Both the position numbers and the translations under genes were made by a program. Under the pieces are notes generated by a model. That model was given only the letters and a program-made list of their open reading frames with translations. It made no database searches and was not told where the DNA came from. A stretch of 64,000 nt of DNA from Pseudomonadota bacterium (GTDB lineage Bacteria; Pseudomonadota; Gammaproteobacteria; Burkholderiales; JBFMAC01): assembly GCA_040756015.1 (NCBI GenBank), contig JBFMAC010000007.1:42685-106684 (forward strand). The letters run 5' to 3'. Shown here piece by piece: positions 16,844 to 27,567 of the stretch. The first letter of the stretch is position 1. Each line of letters opens with the position of its first letter.

Positions 16844-19528
16844 TTACCCTGTTGCCGGCATGCGTGTTCTCAGTTGTTTCTCCACGCCGACCGCGGCCAT
16901 GCAGAATGCGGCGAAGGCCGCGATCGCCAGCCAGTCGATGAACCCTATCGGCGCGGTGCCGAAGATGTGGTTGAGCACCGGCAGGTAGGTGAAGGCCAGT
17001 TGCAGTGCGACCATGGATACGGCGCCGTACCAGGCCCACCGGTTGGAGAACAGTCCAATGGACCAGAACGAGCGCGTGAGCGAGCGGCAGTTGAACAGGT
17101 AGAAGGTTTCCACCAGTACGAACACGTTGGTGGCGATGGTGCGCGCTTCGGCCAGGGAGTGGCCGCGTTGCAGCGACAGGTTGAACAGGCCGAATGCGCC
17201 GACCAGCAGGAGCGCGCTGACGAGCAGGATGCGCTGCACCAGCACGCGATCGAGGATAGGCGCGGACGGCGGTCGGGGCGGACGCTGCATGATGCCGTGC
17301 TCGGCGGGCTCGAAGGCGAGCATCAGGCCGAGCAGAATGGCGGTGGTCATGTTGATCCAGAGGATTTGCAATGGCGTGACCGGCAACGTGGTGCCGGCGA
17401 AGATGGCGGCGAGGATGACCAGTCCCTCGCCGGCGTTGGTGGGGATGGTCCAAGTGATGAACTTGACCAGGTTGTCGTAGATGCCGCGCCCTTCCTCGAC
17501 GGCGGCTTCGATGGTGGCGAAATTGTCGTCGGTCAGCACCATCGCCGCCGCTTCCTTGGCCACTTCGGTGCCGCCCATGCCCATGGCCACGCCGATGTCG
17601 GCCGCTTTCAGCGCAGGCGCGTCGTTGACGCCGTCGCCGGTCATCGCCACCACCGCGCCGTTGGCTTGCAACGCCTGCACCAGGCGCAGTTTTTGTTCCG
17701 GTTCGACGCGGGCGAACACGTCGACATCGTTGACCGCCTGGCGCAATTTCTCGTCGTCGCAATTCGCCAGCTCCTTGCCGGTTATCACTGCATCGTCGCT
17801 GCCAATACCGAGCTGGCGTGCGATGGCGGCGGCGGTGGCGGGATGGTCGCCGGTGATCATCTTCACGCGGATGCCGGCGGTGTGGCAGGCGCGCACCGCC
17901 GCGATGGCGCGCGGGCGCGGCGGGTCTATCATGCCGGCCAGCCCAAGGAATACCAGGCCGCTTCCCATGCCAACGTGGGTCAGTTGCGCGCCGGCGGCAA
18001 GCCCGGAGCGAGCGAGGGCGAGCACGCGCATGCCTCCCCGCGCCATGCGCGTTGCCGCGGTTTCGATGGCGTTTGGTTCGAGCGCGATTTCCCGCCCTTG
18101 CGGGTCAAGCATGGCGGCGCATGCCGGCAGCAATTTTTCCAGCGCTCCCTTTACGTAAACGATGCGTTCGCCTTCGATCTCATGCAGCGTCGCCATGTAC
18201 TGGCGTGCCGAATCGAAAGGCAGTTCGTCCAGGCGCGGGAACACCGTCACCAAGGTCGCGGCGTCGAGGCCGCCTTTATGTGCCGCCGTCAGCAAGGCGC
18301 CTTCGGTGGGGTCGCCGACGACGCTCCAATGGTGGCCTTGATGGGAGAGGCGGGCGTCGTTGCACAGCAGGCCGGCGAGCAGGGTTTCGCGTAGCGCAGC
18401 GGTGACGGCCACCGCTTCGCCATTTTGTTCTATGGTGCCGCCCGGCCCGTAACCGTGCCCGGTGACCGAGAACATCTCGCCGCCGCTCCAGATTTCGCGC
18501 ACCGTCATTGCGTTTTCCGTCAGCGTGCCGGTTTTGTCGGAACAGATCACGGTGGTGCTGCCCAGCGTTTCCACTGCCGGCAGCTTGCGGATGATGGCAC
18601 GGCGCCTGGCCATGCGCGCCACGCCGATGGCCAGCGTGATGGTCATTGCCGCCGGTAGCCCTTCCGGGATCGCGCCCACCGCCAGTGCGACCGCCGCCAT
18701 GAACATGTCGATGGTCGGCTCGCCGCGCCACACGCCGACGCCGAAAGTGAACGCGGCCAGCACCAGGATTGCCACCAGCAGGCGCTGGGCAAATGCGGCC
18801 ATTTTGCGCGTCAGCGGCGTGGCCAGCTCCGGCGTTTCCGCGATCAGACTGGAAATGCGGCCGGTTTCGGTGGCATCGCCCGTGGCGACCACCATGCCGC
18901 TGCCCTGGCCGCTCACCACCAGGGTGCCGGCATAGGCCATGTTGCGGCGGTCGGCGAGCGGCGTGTCTGCCGGCAATGGTCCGGTATGCTTGTCCACCGG
19001 CAGCGATTCGCCGGTCAGCGCCGCTTCCGCAGTACGCAATTCCTTGCCGGAAAAGAGGCGCAAATCGGCGGGGACCTTGTCCCCCGCGGCCAGGATCACG
19101 ACATCGCCGGGCACCAGTTCTGCAGCGTCCAGACGCAGGCGCGAGCCGCCGCGCAGGACGGTGGCCTCGGCGGCGATGGCGCGTGCCAAGGCTGCCAGCG
19201 CGGCTTCTGCCTTGCCCTCCTGGATGAAGCCGATCACGGCATTGATCAGCACCACGCCCAGGATGACGCCGGCATCGACCCATTCGCCGAGAAAGGCGGT
19301 GACGAGGCCGGCGCCGATGAGCACCGCTACCAGCGGCTGGATCAATTGCGCGGCGAAGCGCGCAAGCGGGTTGTGCCCAGTCTTGGCGCTCGGGCGGTTG
19401 GCGCCGTAGCGGGCCAGGCGTGCGCTGGCTTCGGCAGCACTCAAGCCGTGCGTCGGATGGGTGGCGAGTTGCTGGGCGCTTGCGGCCGCGTCCAGCGAGT
19501 GCCACTGCGGGGGAGGTTGCGTCGCCAT
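16844..19528 (-). CDS. P2A-type cation-transporting P-type ATPase
   Basis: TGES, IPEGLP, DKTGTLT, KGA, GDGVND and QILWINM motifs. Confidence 0.95.
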   Translation of the reverse strand: MATQPPPQWHSLDAAASAQQLATHPTHGLSAAEASARLARYGANRPSAKTGHNPLARFAAQLIQPLVAVLIGAGLVTAFLGEWVDAGVILGVVLINAVIGFIQEGKAEAALAALARAIAAEATVLRGGSRLRLDAAELVPGDVVILAAGDKVPADLRLFSGKELRTAEAALTGESLPVDKHTGPLPADTPLADRRNMAYAGTLVVSGQGSGMVVATGDATETGRISSLIAETPELATPLTRKMAAFAQRLLVAILVLAAFTFGVGVWRGEPTIDMFMAAVALAVGAIPEGLPAAMTITLAIGVARMARRRAIIRKLPAVETLGSTTVICSDKTGTLTENAMTVREIWSGGEMFSVTGHGYGPGGTIEQNGEAVAVTAALRETLLAGLLCNDARLSHQGHHWSVVGDPTEGALLTAAHKGGLDAATLVTVFPRLDELPFDSARQYMATLHEIEGERIVYVKGALEKLLPACAAMLDPQGREIALEPNAIETAATRMARGGMRVLALARSGLAAGAQLTHVGMGSGLVFLGLAGMIDPPRPRAIAAVRACHTAGIRVKMITGDHPATAAAIARQLGIGSDDAVITGKELANCDDEKLRQAVNDVDVFARVEPEQKLRLVQALQANGAVVAMTGDGVNDAPALKAADIGVAMGMGGTEVAKEAAAMVLTDDNFATIEAAVEEGRGIYDNLVKFITWTIPTNAGEGLVILAAIFAGTTLPVTPLQILWINMTTAILLGLMLAFEPAEHGIMQRPPRPPSAPILDRVLVQRILLVSALLLVGAFGLFNLSLQRGHSLAEARTIATNVFVLVETFYLFNCRSLTRSFWSIGLFSNRWAWYGAVSMVALQLAFTYLPVLNHIFGTAPIGFIDWLAIAAFAAFCMAAVGVEKQLRTRMPATG

Positions 19529-19612
19529 GGTCTGGAGAAGGAGTGGCGTGGTTGTTTAGTTTGTGCCAAACGCCTAGACTGGTCAATCCGAGTGAGCAGG
19601 ATTGCGAGCGCG

Positions 19613-20245
19613 ATGCCCGACTGGAAAAAACTGATCGCAGCCAAAACGAAGCAGGCGCGGCGCAGAGACAAGCCGCCGCGCTGGCAGGAGGGTGCGCGCG
19701 TGCCGCCGGGGCAGCACCTGGTCGAAAATTTTCCGGTGCTCGATCTGGGCGTGCGCCCAAAAATTGCCATCACTGATTGGCGGCTGCGCTTGTTCGGCTT
19801 GGTCGAGCAGGAAGTGACGCTAGACTGGGCGGCATTGCAGACGCTGCCGCAATCCGACATCATGTGCGATTTTCATTGCGTTACCACCTGGTCGCAGCTC
19901 GATATGCCGTGGCGCGGCGTGCATGCGCGTGAAGTGATTGAGCTGGCGCGGCCATTGCCGGATGCGCATTTTGTTACGTTACACAGTTACGACGATTACA
20001 CTACCAATTTACCGCTGGAGGCGTTGCTGGAAGACGACGTGTTGATTGCGCACAGCGTGTACGGCCAGCCTTTGTCGGCCGAGCACGGCGGCCCGGTGCG
20101 CCTGCTGGTGCCGAGCCGCTATGGCTGGAAAAGCGCGAAGTGGCTCAAGGCGATCGAATTCCACCAGCACGATCGCCCCGGCTTCTGGGAAGAGCGCGGC
20201 TATCATGACAATGCCGATCCGTGGCGGGAACAACGTTATCGTTAA
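19613..20245 (+). CDS. Sulfite-oxidase-like molybdopterin-dependent oxidoreductase (catalytic domain only)
   Basis: PPGQH, DFHCVTTWS, HGGPVRL, YGWKSAKW and GFWEERGYH; the ORF-track 5' extension is antisense to the ATPase and was discarded. Confidence 0.88.
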   Translation: MPDWKKLIAAKTKQARRRDKPPRWQEGARVPPGQHLVENFPVLDLGVRPKIAITDWRLRLFGLVEQEVTLDWAALQTLPQSDIMCDFHCVTTWSQLDMPWRGVHAREVIELARPLPDAHFVTLHSYDDYTTNLPLEALLEDDVLIAHSVYGQPLSAEHGGPVRLLVPSRYGWKSAKWLKAIEFHQHDRPGFWEERGYHDNADPWREQRYR

Positions 20246-20260
20246 CAATGGAATTTGTTC

Positions 20261-20383
20261 CATCGCGAAGGGCGCAAGGGACACGAGGGTTATCCAGCAG
20301 CTTATGCCTACGAATCTCGCGCAGGCATGAATTTTTGCGGTTAGAATTTGAATTTCTTGGCGCCCTTCGCGTCCTTGGCGGTT
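20261..20383. repeat. Nonamer inverted-repeat element, copy 2
   Basis: catcgcgaagggcgcaagggacacgaggg ... cttggcgcccttcgcgtccttggcggtt. Confidence 0.7.
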
Positions 20384-20402
20384 CGTCAATTTAGGATTTT
20401 CT

Positions 20403-21332
20403 ATGCAAGTTTTACTCGCCAATCCCAGAGGTTTCTGTGCCGGAGTGGATCGCGCCATCGCCATCGTTGAGCAGGCGTTGGCCAAGTATGGTGCGCCGAT
20501 ATACGTGCGCCATGAGGTGGTGCATAACAAATTCGTGGTCGATGACCTCAAGGCCAAGGGCGCCATTTTCATCGAGGATTTGAACGAGGTGCCGGACGGA
20601 GCTACCTTGATTTTCAGTGCGCATGGCGTGCCGCAATCGGTGCGCCAGCAGGCGGCAGCGCGCGGCTTGCTGGTGTTCGACGCGACCTGTCCGCTGGTGA
20701 CCAAGGTGCACGTCGAAGTGGCAAAGATGCGCGACCAGGGTTACGAGGTGGTGATGATAGGCCATGCCGGCCATCCCGAAGTGGAGGGCACCATGGGGCA
20801 GTCGCGCGGCGGTATGTATCTGGTGGAAACGCCGCAGGACGTCGAAAAACTCAAAGTGGAAAACGAGCAGCGGCTGGCCTATGTGACGCAGACTACGCTG
20901 TCGATGGATGACGCCGCGCTGGTGGTGGAGGTGTTGCGCGAGCGTTTTCCGGGCATCGTCGGTCCGAAAAAGGACGATATCTGTTATGCCACGCAGAACC
21001 GTCAGGATGCGGTGAAGGTGCTGGCGCGCCAGTGCGACGTGGTGGTGGTGGTGGGATCGCCCAATAGTTCCAACTCCAACCGTTTGCGCGAGGTGGCGCA
21101 GAAGGCTGGCGTGCCTGCTTACATGGTGGATCGCGCCGACCAGCTCGAAGCGAAGTGGTTCGTCGGCAGGGAGGTGGTAGGTGTGACTGCCGGCGCCTCC
21201 GCGCCGGACGTGCTGGTGCGCGAAGTAGTGGAACGTTTGCGGCATTTGGGGGCGGCGCGGATACGCGAGCTGACCGGCATCGTCGAGAAAGTGATGTTCA
21301 ACCTGCCCAGGGAATTATCCAGCCAGGAATGA
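20403..21332 (+). CDS. ispH: 4-hydroxy-3-methylbut-2-enyl diphosphate reductase
   Basis: [38 protein letters not shown] and TAGASAP. Confidence 0.98.
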   Translation: MQVLLANPRGFCAGVDRAIAIVEQALAKYGAPIYVRHEVVHNKFVVDDLKAKGAIFIEDLNEVPDGATLIFSAHGVPQSVRQQAAARGLLVFDATCPLVTKVHVEVAKMRDQGYEVVMIGHAGHPEVEGTMGQSRGGMYLVETPQDVEKLKVENEQRLAYVTQTTLSMDDAALVVEVLRERFPGIVGPKKDDICYATQNRQDAVKVLARQCDVVVVVGSPNSSNSNRLREVAQKAGVPAYMVDRADQLEAKWFVGREVVGVTAGASAPDVLVREVVERLRHLGAARIRELTGIVEKVMFNLPRELSSQE

Positions 21333-22546
21333 AAAAGGAAACGCCGGTGGTGGGAAGCGCAAAAGCATTCGACTTGCAGTCGCTCAATCCGCAGCAGCTC
21401 GAGCAGGCGTTCTCCTTGTTCAACGAGGCGTCCGCCCAACTGGCCGGCGCCTACCAGGAATTGCAGCAGAAGGTCGAGCAGCTTGCCAGCGAACTGGCGA
21501 TTGCCAACGGCGAACTGCGCCGGCAGTTTCTCGAAAAACAAGCTTTGTCGCAACGCTTGTCTTCGCTGCTGGATGCCTTGCCCGGCGGCGTGGTGGTGCT
21601 CGATGCAGAAGGTAGGGTGGTCGAGGCGAACCCGGTGGCGCGGCGCATGTTGGGTGAGGACATGCAGGGACGAGCGTGGCATGAGATTGCCGCGCACAGC
21701 CTGGGCGCGACGCCTACTCCGCATGAATGGATATTGCAGCGCGACGGCGAGACGCGCTGGGTCAACCTGGTGGAGAGCGCACTGTACCAGGAGCAGGGGC
21801 GCATCCTGCTGATCAGCGACATCACAGAAGCCAACCTGATGCAACAGCAGCTCGAGCGCCACCAGCGCCTTTCCGCGATGGGCGAAATGGCGGCGGGGCT
21901 GGCGCACCAGTTGCGCACGCCGCTGGCGACGGCGCTGCTCTACACCGCCAACCTCGCCAAGCCGCAGCTTGCCGAAGACGACCGCACCCGCTTTGCGGAA
22001 AAAGCACTGGCGCGCCTGCATCATCTGGAGCGCATGATCCGCGACATGCTGCTGTTCGTAAAAGGTGAGAGTGCTGAACAGGAGGACATTCCGGTGGCGG
22101 CGCTGGTGCACGAACTGGTACAGGTTATGGAACCGCAGATGGCGCAGCATGGTGTCGCTTTCTCGGTAGAGGGTGAGGTTGATGGCGTGGTGCAGGGCAG
22201 CCGCAAGGCGCTGGTCGGCGCGCTGCTCAACCTGCTGGAAAATGCCATGCAGGCTTGCGGCGGCGCGGGCGAGGTGCGCCTCCTGGCCGCCCGGGCGGGC
22301 AGCGGTGCGGTGACGCTTACGGTGAGCGACACCGGCTGCGGTATCGACGCTGCGACCAAGGAACGCCTGTTCCAGCCTTTTTTCACCACGCGTTCGGAGG
22401 GTACCGGGTTGGGGCTGGCCATCGTGCGCAGCGTGATACAGACGCACGGTGGCGAAATCGCGGTGCATTCGCAGCTGGGCGCGGGCAGCCAGTTCGTGGT
22501 GAGGTTGCCGTGCACGGGATGTCGAGATGAGGTCATGAATTCATGA
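21329..22546 (+). CDS. fleS: PAS-domain sensor histidine kinase, FleS/FlrB-like
   Basis: [10 protein letters not shown]-box, NLLENA, DTGCG, FFTT and GTGLGL; upstream of a sigma54 response regulator and fli genes. Confidence 0.85.
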   Translation: MKKETPVVGSAKAFDLQSLNPQQLEQAFSLFNEASAQLAGAYQELQQKVEQLASELAIANGELRRQFLEKQALSQRLSSLLDALPGGVVVLDAEGRVVEANPVARRMLGEDMQGRAWHEIAAHSLGATPTPHEWILQRDGETRWVNLVESALYQEQGRILLISDITEANLMQQQLERHQRLSAMGEMAAGLAHQLRTPLATALLYTANLAKPQLAEDDRTRFAEKALARLHHLERMIRDMLLFVKGESAEQEDIPVAALVHELVQVMEPQMAQHGVAFSVEGEVDGVVQGSRKALVGALLNLLENAMQACGGAGEVRLLAARAGSGAVTLTVSDTGCGIDAATKERLFQPFFTTRSEGTGLGLAIVRSVIQTHGGEIAVHSQLGAGSQFVVRLPCTGCRDEVMNS

Positions 22547-23883
22547 ATATGTTGCCGGTGTTGATTGTCGAAGACGACCCCGATTTGCGCGAGGCGCTGT
22601 CCGACACTTTGCGCCTTTCCGGTTATGAAGTGCGCGTGGCGCGCGACGGCGAGGATGCATTGCGCGTTCTGGGCAAGGAGAAGATCGGGCTGGTGGTGAG
22701 CGACGTGCAGATGAAGCCCATGGACGGCCACACCCTGCTCCGGGAAATCAAGCAGCGCTACCCGTATCTGCCGGTGCTGCTGATGACCGCTTATGGCGTG
22801 ATAGAGAAAGCGGTGGAGGCGATGCGCATGGGTGCGTGCAATTACATTCCCAAGCCGTTCGAGCCGGATGCGCTGCTGGCCGAAGTGGCGCGCTTCATGC
22901 TGCCGGCCTATGCCGATGCCGACGAGGCGGTGATTGCGCAGGACCCGCACATGGAGGCGCTGCTGGATTTGGCCAGACGCGTGGCAACGTCTGACACCAC
23001 CGTGCTGATCACCGGCGAATCCGGCACCGGCAAGGAAGTGCTGGCGCGCTATATCCACCGCTATTCGGCGCGCGCCGGCAAGCCCTTCGTCGCCATCAAT
23101 TGCGCGGCGATCCCGGAGAACCTGCTCGAATCGACCCTGTTTGGTCACGAAAAAGGCGCATTTACCGGCGCCACCCAGGCGCAGGCCGGCAAGTTCGAGC
23201 AGGCCCAGGGCGGCACCATCCTGCTCGACGAGATTTCCGAGATGTCGCTGGCGTTGCAGGCCAAGCTGCTGCGCGTGTTGCAGGAACGCGAGGTAGAACG
23301 TGTCGGCAGCGGCAAGCCGATCCCGCTCGACATCCGCGTGCTTGCCGCATCCAACCGCGACATGGCGGAATTCGTTGCCGAAGGCGGGTTCCGCGAGGAT
23401 TTGTACTACCGTCTTAACGTTTTCCCGTTGCACCTGCCGGCGCTGCGTGAACGGCCGCGCGACATCGTGCCGCTGGCCCAGCACGTGATGCGGCGCAGCG
23501 CGCGGAATCGAGCATTTACGCTATCCGCGGCGGCGCAGGCTCAATTGACGCAATACCATTGGAAGGGTAACATCAGGGAACTCGAGAACGTCATGCAGCG
23601 TGCGATGATACTGGCGCCGGGCGACGTGATCGAGCCGGAGCATCTGCATTTGCCCAAGCCGGTGCGGCAGTCGGTGGCAACGGCGCCGGCGGGCACTACC
23701 GACATGAAATCACTGGAGCGTGCCCACATCCTGGAAACGCTCGAGGCGGTCGGCGGGTCGCGCAAGCTGGCGGCGCAGCGCCTGGGCATCGGCGAGCGCA
23801 CTTTGCGCTATAAGCTGCAAATGTACCGTGAGGAAGGCAGCCTCAAGGAAGGCGAGGCTCAAGCCGATAAAGGTGGGGGGTAG
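22543..23883 (+). CDS. fleR: Sigma54-dependent response regulator, FleR/FlrC-like
   Basis: Receiver domain (VEDD, SDVQM), GESGTGKE, GAFTGA, FREDLYYRL, GNIREL and C-terminal Fis HTH. Confidence 0.9.
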   Translation: MNMLPVLIVEDDPDLREALSDTLRLSGYEVRVARDGEDALRVLGKEKIGLVVSDVQMKPMDGHTLLREIKQRYPYLPVLLMTAYGVIEKAVEAMRMGACNYIPKPFEPDALLAEVARFMLPAYADADEAVIAQDPHMEALLDLARRVATSDTTVLITGESGTGKEVLARYIHRYSARAGKPFVAINCAAIPENLLESTLFGHEKGAFTGATQAQAGKFEQAQGGTILLDEISEMSLALQAKLLRVLQEREVERVGSGKPIPLDIRVLAASNRDMAEFVAEGGFREDLYYRLNVFPLHLPALRERPRDIVPLAQHVMRRSARNRAFTLSAAAQAQLTQYHWKGNIRELENVMQRAMILAPGDVIEPEHLHLPKPVRQSVATAPAGTTDMKSLERAHILETLEAVGGSRKLAAQRLGIGERTLRYKLQMYREEGSLKEGEAQADKGGG

Positions 23884-23889
23884 AAATTC

Positions 23890-23905
23890 TGGCATGCCAT
23901 TTGCT
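23890..23905 (+). promoter_or_regulatory. Sigma54 -24/-12 promoter upstream of fliE
   Basis: TGGCATGCCATTTGCT matches TGGCACG-N4-TTGCW with exact spacing. Confidence 0.8.
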
Positions 23906-23939
23906 GTGTTGGGTGTGTCGGTTTTTTCTGATGAGGGCG

Positions 23940-24281
23940 ATGAAGGCGGTGAGTACGGTGAATACGCAAGGTATTGATCAACTGTTGAGCCAGCTCAATG
24001 CCACTTCGGCGGCAGCGGCGGGCGCGGCAGGGGCGGAACCCCAGTCGGCAGAGGGGGTGGCAAATTTTGCCGCCTTGCTGCAGGCTTCGCTCGATCAGGT
24101 CAACAGTGCGCAACTGGATGCAGACGCCCTGCAAAAGCAGTTCGACCTCAACAACCCCAATGTCAATCTGCAAGAGGTGATGGTGTCTTTGCAGAAAGCC
24201 AACATTTCCTTCCAAACCATGGTGCAGGTGCGCAATAAACTGGTATCGGCTTACCAGGAAATCATGAACATGCAGGTCTGA
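23940..24281 (+). CDS. fliE: Flagellar hook-basal body protein FliE
   Basis: C-terminal VMVSLQKANISFQTMVQVRNKLVSAYQEIMNMQV; start may be GTG 23958. Confidence 0.95.
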   Translation: MKAVSTVNTQGIDQLLSQLNATSAAAAGAAGAEPQSAEGVANFAALLQASLDQVNSAQLDADALQKQFDLNNPNVNLQEVMVSLQKANISFQTMVQVRNKLVSAYQEIMNMQV

Positions 24282-24293
24282 TAAGCCTTAGCT

Positions 24294-25910
24294 ATGGCAC
24301 AAGCTCCCGGCCAAGGCATTGCCGCCCTGTTGCAGGGTTTTCTCCAGCTTAACAATTCCCAAAAAATCGGCTTCATCTTCGGTCTTGCCGCACTCATCGC
24401 GGTGGTTTCCGGGCTGTGGATGTGGTCGCAGGCGCCGACTTACCGGGTGCTGTTCGCCAATGTGTCCGATCGTGATGGCGGTGCCATTATCGCCTCGCTG
24501 CAACAGATGAACATCCCCTACCAGATGGCAGAAGGCGGCGGCGCCATCCTGGTGCCGTCGACCCAGGTTTACGAGGCCAGGCTCAAGCTCGCTTCCCAGG
24601 GGCTGCCACGCGGCGGTGCGATCGGCTTCGAGTTGATGGAAAACCAGAAGCTCGGCATCAGCCAGTTTGCGGAGCAGGTCAACTACCAGCGTGCCCTGGA
24701 AGGGGAGCTGTCGCGCACCATCCAGTCTCTGGCTGCGGTGCAGGGTGCGCGCGTGCACCTGGCCATCCCACGTCCCACCGTGTTCATCCGTGATGCCCAG
24801 AAACCCAGCGCCTCGGTGCTGGTCAGCGTCTATCCGGGGCGGGTGCTGGACCAGGCACAGGTGAACGGCATCACCCACCTGGTTTCCAGCAGCGTGCCGG
24901 ATTTGCCCGTGAAAAACGTCACCGTGGTCGATCAGGCCGGCAATCTGTTGAGCAATGCGGACGACAGCATGGCGGCGAACGGGCTTGATCCTGGTCAGCT
25001 GAGTTATCTGCGTCAGGTCGAGGAAAGCTACGCCAAGCGCATCGAGGACATCCTGCTGCCGATCGCGGGTCCGGACAACGTGCGTGCGCAAGTTGCCGCC
25101 AGCCTGGATTTCACCCTGGTCGAGCAGACCTCGGAAACCTTCAAGCCGAATGCGTCCGCGGCGGAATCGGCGATCCGCAGCCAGCAGAGCAGCGAAACCG
25201 TTGGCACCAGCACAGGGCCTGGCGGTATTCCGGGCGCACTATCCAACCAGCCGCCAGGTACGGCGAGCGCGCCGCTCACTGCGGGCGCCGCACCGGCGGC
25301 ACAAGCCAGGACCGCCACCGTTCCGGAGAACCAGCACAAGGAATCGACGATCAATTACGAGGTGGACAAGACCATACGCCACGTGAAGAACCCCGCCGGC
25401 TCGGTGAAGAAACTATCGGTGGCGGTGGTGGTGAATTACCGCAAAACCACCGATGCCAAGGGCAAGGTCAGCACCAAGCCGCTTACCGACCAGGAAATGG
25501 GACAAATTACCAATCTGGTCAAGGAGGCGGTCGGCTTCAATGCCGAGCGCGGCGACACCGTGAACGTGGTCAACGCCTCCTTCAACGCCGGCGAGCGCGA
25601 AGACATCCCGCCGACGCCGTTCTGGAAGGATCCGGGCAACATCGCCACCGCCAAGGAGGTGGGACGCAACGCGCTGATCGCGGGCATATTCCTGTACCTG
25701 GTGCTGGGGGTGTTGCGTCCCATGCTGCGTGAACTGGCGCGCGCCGGACAAAAGGCGGCGGAAGTGCGGGCGCAAGTGGCTGCCCAACCCACCTCGGTCG
25801 GCACGCGGCATCCCAACTATGAGGCGGATTTGCAGGCGGCCAAGGACATGGCGCGCCAGGATCCGCGGCTGGTCGCCAATGTGGTGAAGGACTGGGTGGG
25901 AAATGAGTGA
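24294..25910 (+). CDS. fliF: Flagellar MS-ring protein
   Basis: GFELMENQ, NYQRALEGELSRTI, ARVHLAIP, SASV and NYEVDK. Confidence 0.97.
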   Translation: MAQAPGQGIAALLQGFLQLNNSQKIGFIFGLAALIAVVSGLWMWSQAPTYRVLFANVSDRDGGAIIASLQQMNIPYQMAEGGGAILVPSTQVYEARLKLASQGLPRGGAIGFELMENQKLGISQFAEQVNYQRALEGELSRTIQSLAAVQGARVHLAIPRPTVFIRDAQKPSASVLVSVYPGRVLDQAQVNGITHLVSSSVPDLPVKNVTVVDQAGNLLSNADDSMAANGLDPGQLSYLRQVEESYAKRIEDILLPIAGPDNVRAQVAASLDFTLVEQTSETFKPNASAAESAIRSQQSSETVGTSTGPGGIPGALSNQPPGTASAPLTAGAAPAAQARTATVPENQHKESTINYEVDKTIRHVKNPAGSVKKLSVAVVVNYRKTTDAKGKVSTKPLTDQEMGQITNLVKEAVGFNAERGDTVNVVNASFNAGEREDIPPTPFWKDPGNIATAKEVGRNALIAGIFLYLVLGVLRPMLRELARAGQKAAEVRAQVAAQPTSVGTRHPNYEADLQAAKDMARQDPRLVANVVKDWVGNE

Positions 25911-26904
25911 TGAGGGCATTGAAAAAAGCGCCATCCTGCTCATGAGCCTGGGCGAAGCAGAGGCTGCGGAGGTATTCAAGTTCCTTGGCCCTAAGGAAGT
26001 GCAAAAGCTGGGTGCGGCGATGGCTAAGCTGAGCGGGGTGTCGCGCGAGAAAATGAGCCAGGTGCTGTACGATTTCCGTTACCAGGCCGAGGAAAAGACC
26101 GCGATCGGCATGGATTCCGATGCCTATCTGCGCACCGTGCTGACCAAGGCGCTGGGCAACGACCGCGCCGCCGGCCTGATCGAGCGTATCCTGCAGGGCA
26201 ACGACAACAACGGCATCGAGAGCCTGAAATGGATGGATGCCGAGTCGGTGTCCGAACTGATCAAGAATGAGCACCCGCAGATTATCGCCACCATCCTGGT
26301 GCATCTCGATCACGATCAGGCCAGCGAAATACTGAAATGTTTCACTGAGCGGCTGCGCAACGACGTGATGTTGCGCATTGCCACGCTGGAAGGGGTGCAG
26401 CCTTCCGCGTTGCGCGAGCTAAATGAAGTGCTCACCCAGCTGCTGACCGGCAGCGACAAGCTCAAGACCGGCGTGCGCGGTGGCGTGCGCACCGCCGCGG
26501 AAATCCTCAACTTCATGGGCGGCGCGCTGGAGGCGAGCGTGCTTGCCAGCATGAAAGAGTTCGATGCGGAACTGGCGCAGAACGTGCAGGACGAGATGTT
26601 CGTGTTCGAGAACCTGCTCGATCTCGATGACCGCGCCATCCAGCTGCTGCTGCGCGAAGTGCAGTCCGAATCGCTGATCGTGGCATTGAAGGGTACCTCC
26701 AACGAACTGCGCGAGAAAATTTTCAAGAACATGTCGCAGCGCGCCGCCGAAATGCTGCGCGACGACCTCGAGGCCAAGGGTCCCGTGCGGCTCGCCGAAG
26801 TGGAGGCAGAGCAGAAGGAAATCCTCAAGGTGGTGCGCCGCCTGGCCGACGAGGGTCAGATCGTGATCGGCGGTGCCGGCGAGGAGGGTGGTCTTGTCGA
26901 ATAA
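25903..26904 (+). CDS. fliG: Flagellar motor switch protein FliG
   Basis: AILLMSLGE, EHPQIIA, MFVFENL, NMSQRAA and EAEQKEI. Confidence 0.97.
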   Translation: MSDEGIEKSAILLMSLGEAEAAEVFKFLGPKEVQKLGAAMAKLSGVSREKMSQVLYDFRYQAEEKTAIGMDSDAYLRTVLTKALGNDRAAGLIERILQGNDNNGIESLKWMDAESVSELIKNEHPQIIATILVHLDHDQASEILKCFTERLRNDVMLRIATLEGVQPSALRELNEVLTQLLTGSDKLKTGVRGGVRTAAEILNFMGGALEASVLASMKEFDAELAQNVQDEMFVFENLLDLDDRAIQLLLREVQSESLIVALKGTSNELREKIFKNMSQRAAEMLRDDLEAKGPVRLAEVEAEQKEILKVVRRLADEGQIVIGGAGEEGGLVE

Positions 26905-27559
26905 GATCATTCCCAAGGAGCAACTGTCTGCCTACCAGCGCTGGGAGATGGAGGCGCTTGGCCAGGCGGTGCGCCGAAGCGGCAAGCAGGCACGCCCAGG
27001 CGAGTCGGCGCTGCCTACCGCGCAGGAACTTGAACAATTGCATGGCCGTGCCCACCAGGAGGGCTACAACACCGGCTTGCAGCAGGGGCGCATGCAGGCG
27101 CAAGCGGAGGCTGCGGAATTGCGCAAGTTGCTGGCGATGCTGGGTGAGACCCTGCAAGGATTCGAGGAGAAAATGGCCAGGGACGTGCTCGGCCTGGCGT
27201 TGGCGATTTCCCGCCAGATCGTGCGCCGCACGCTGGACGTGCGTCCAGAACTGGTGTTGCCGCTGGTGGAGGATTTGCTCGATGCGCTGCCGCAGACAGG
27301 TCATCCGCCCAGGCTGGTCGTGCATCCGGCCGACGCCGCGTTGCTGCACGCTTATCTGGAAACACACAAAATCCCGCCGCCGGGCTGGAAGATCGTCGAG
27401 AACCCGCATGTCGAGCGCGGCGGCTGCCTGATCGAAACAGCGACCAGCGAAATCGACGCTACGCTGGAAGGGCGCTGGAAACGGGTGATTGCCTCGCTCG
27501 GGCGTGATGATGCCTGGCTGGTGCCGGGCGATTCGCCGCTGGAGCCGCCCAAATCATAG
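26894..27559 (+). CDS. fliH: Flagellar assembly protein FliH
   Basis: AxxxGxxxG repeat, (L)VHPAD and GGCLIET; TTG start with GAGGAGG RBS. Confidence 0.9.
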   Translation: MSNKIIPKEQLSAYQRWEMEALGQAVRRSGKQARPGESALPTAQELEQLHGRAHQEGYNTGLQQGRMQAQAEAAELRKLLAMLGETLQGFEEKMARDVLGLALAISRQIVRRTLDVRPELVLPLVEDLLDALPQTGHPPRLVVHPADAALLHAYLETHKIPPPGWKIVENPHVERGGCLIETATSEIDATLEGRWKRVIASLGRDDAWLVPGDSPLEPPKS

Positions 27560-27567
27560 CAGCGGCA

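Noticed and set aside
18986-19612. 5' extension of the Mo-oxidoreductase ORF
   Set aside because: Antisense to the P-type ATPase; domain similarity starts at MPDWKK.
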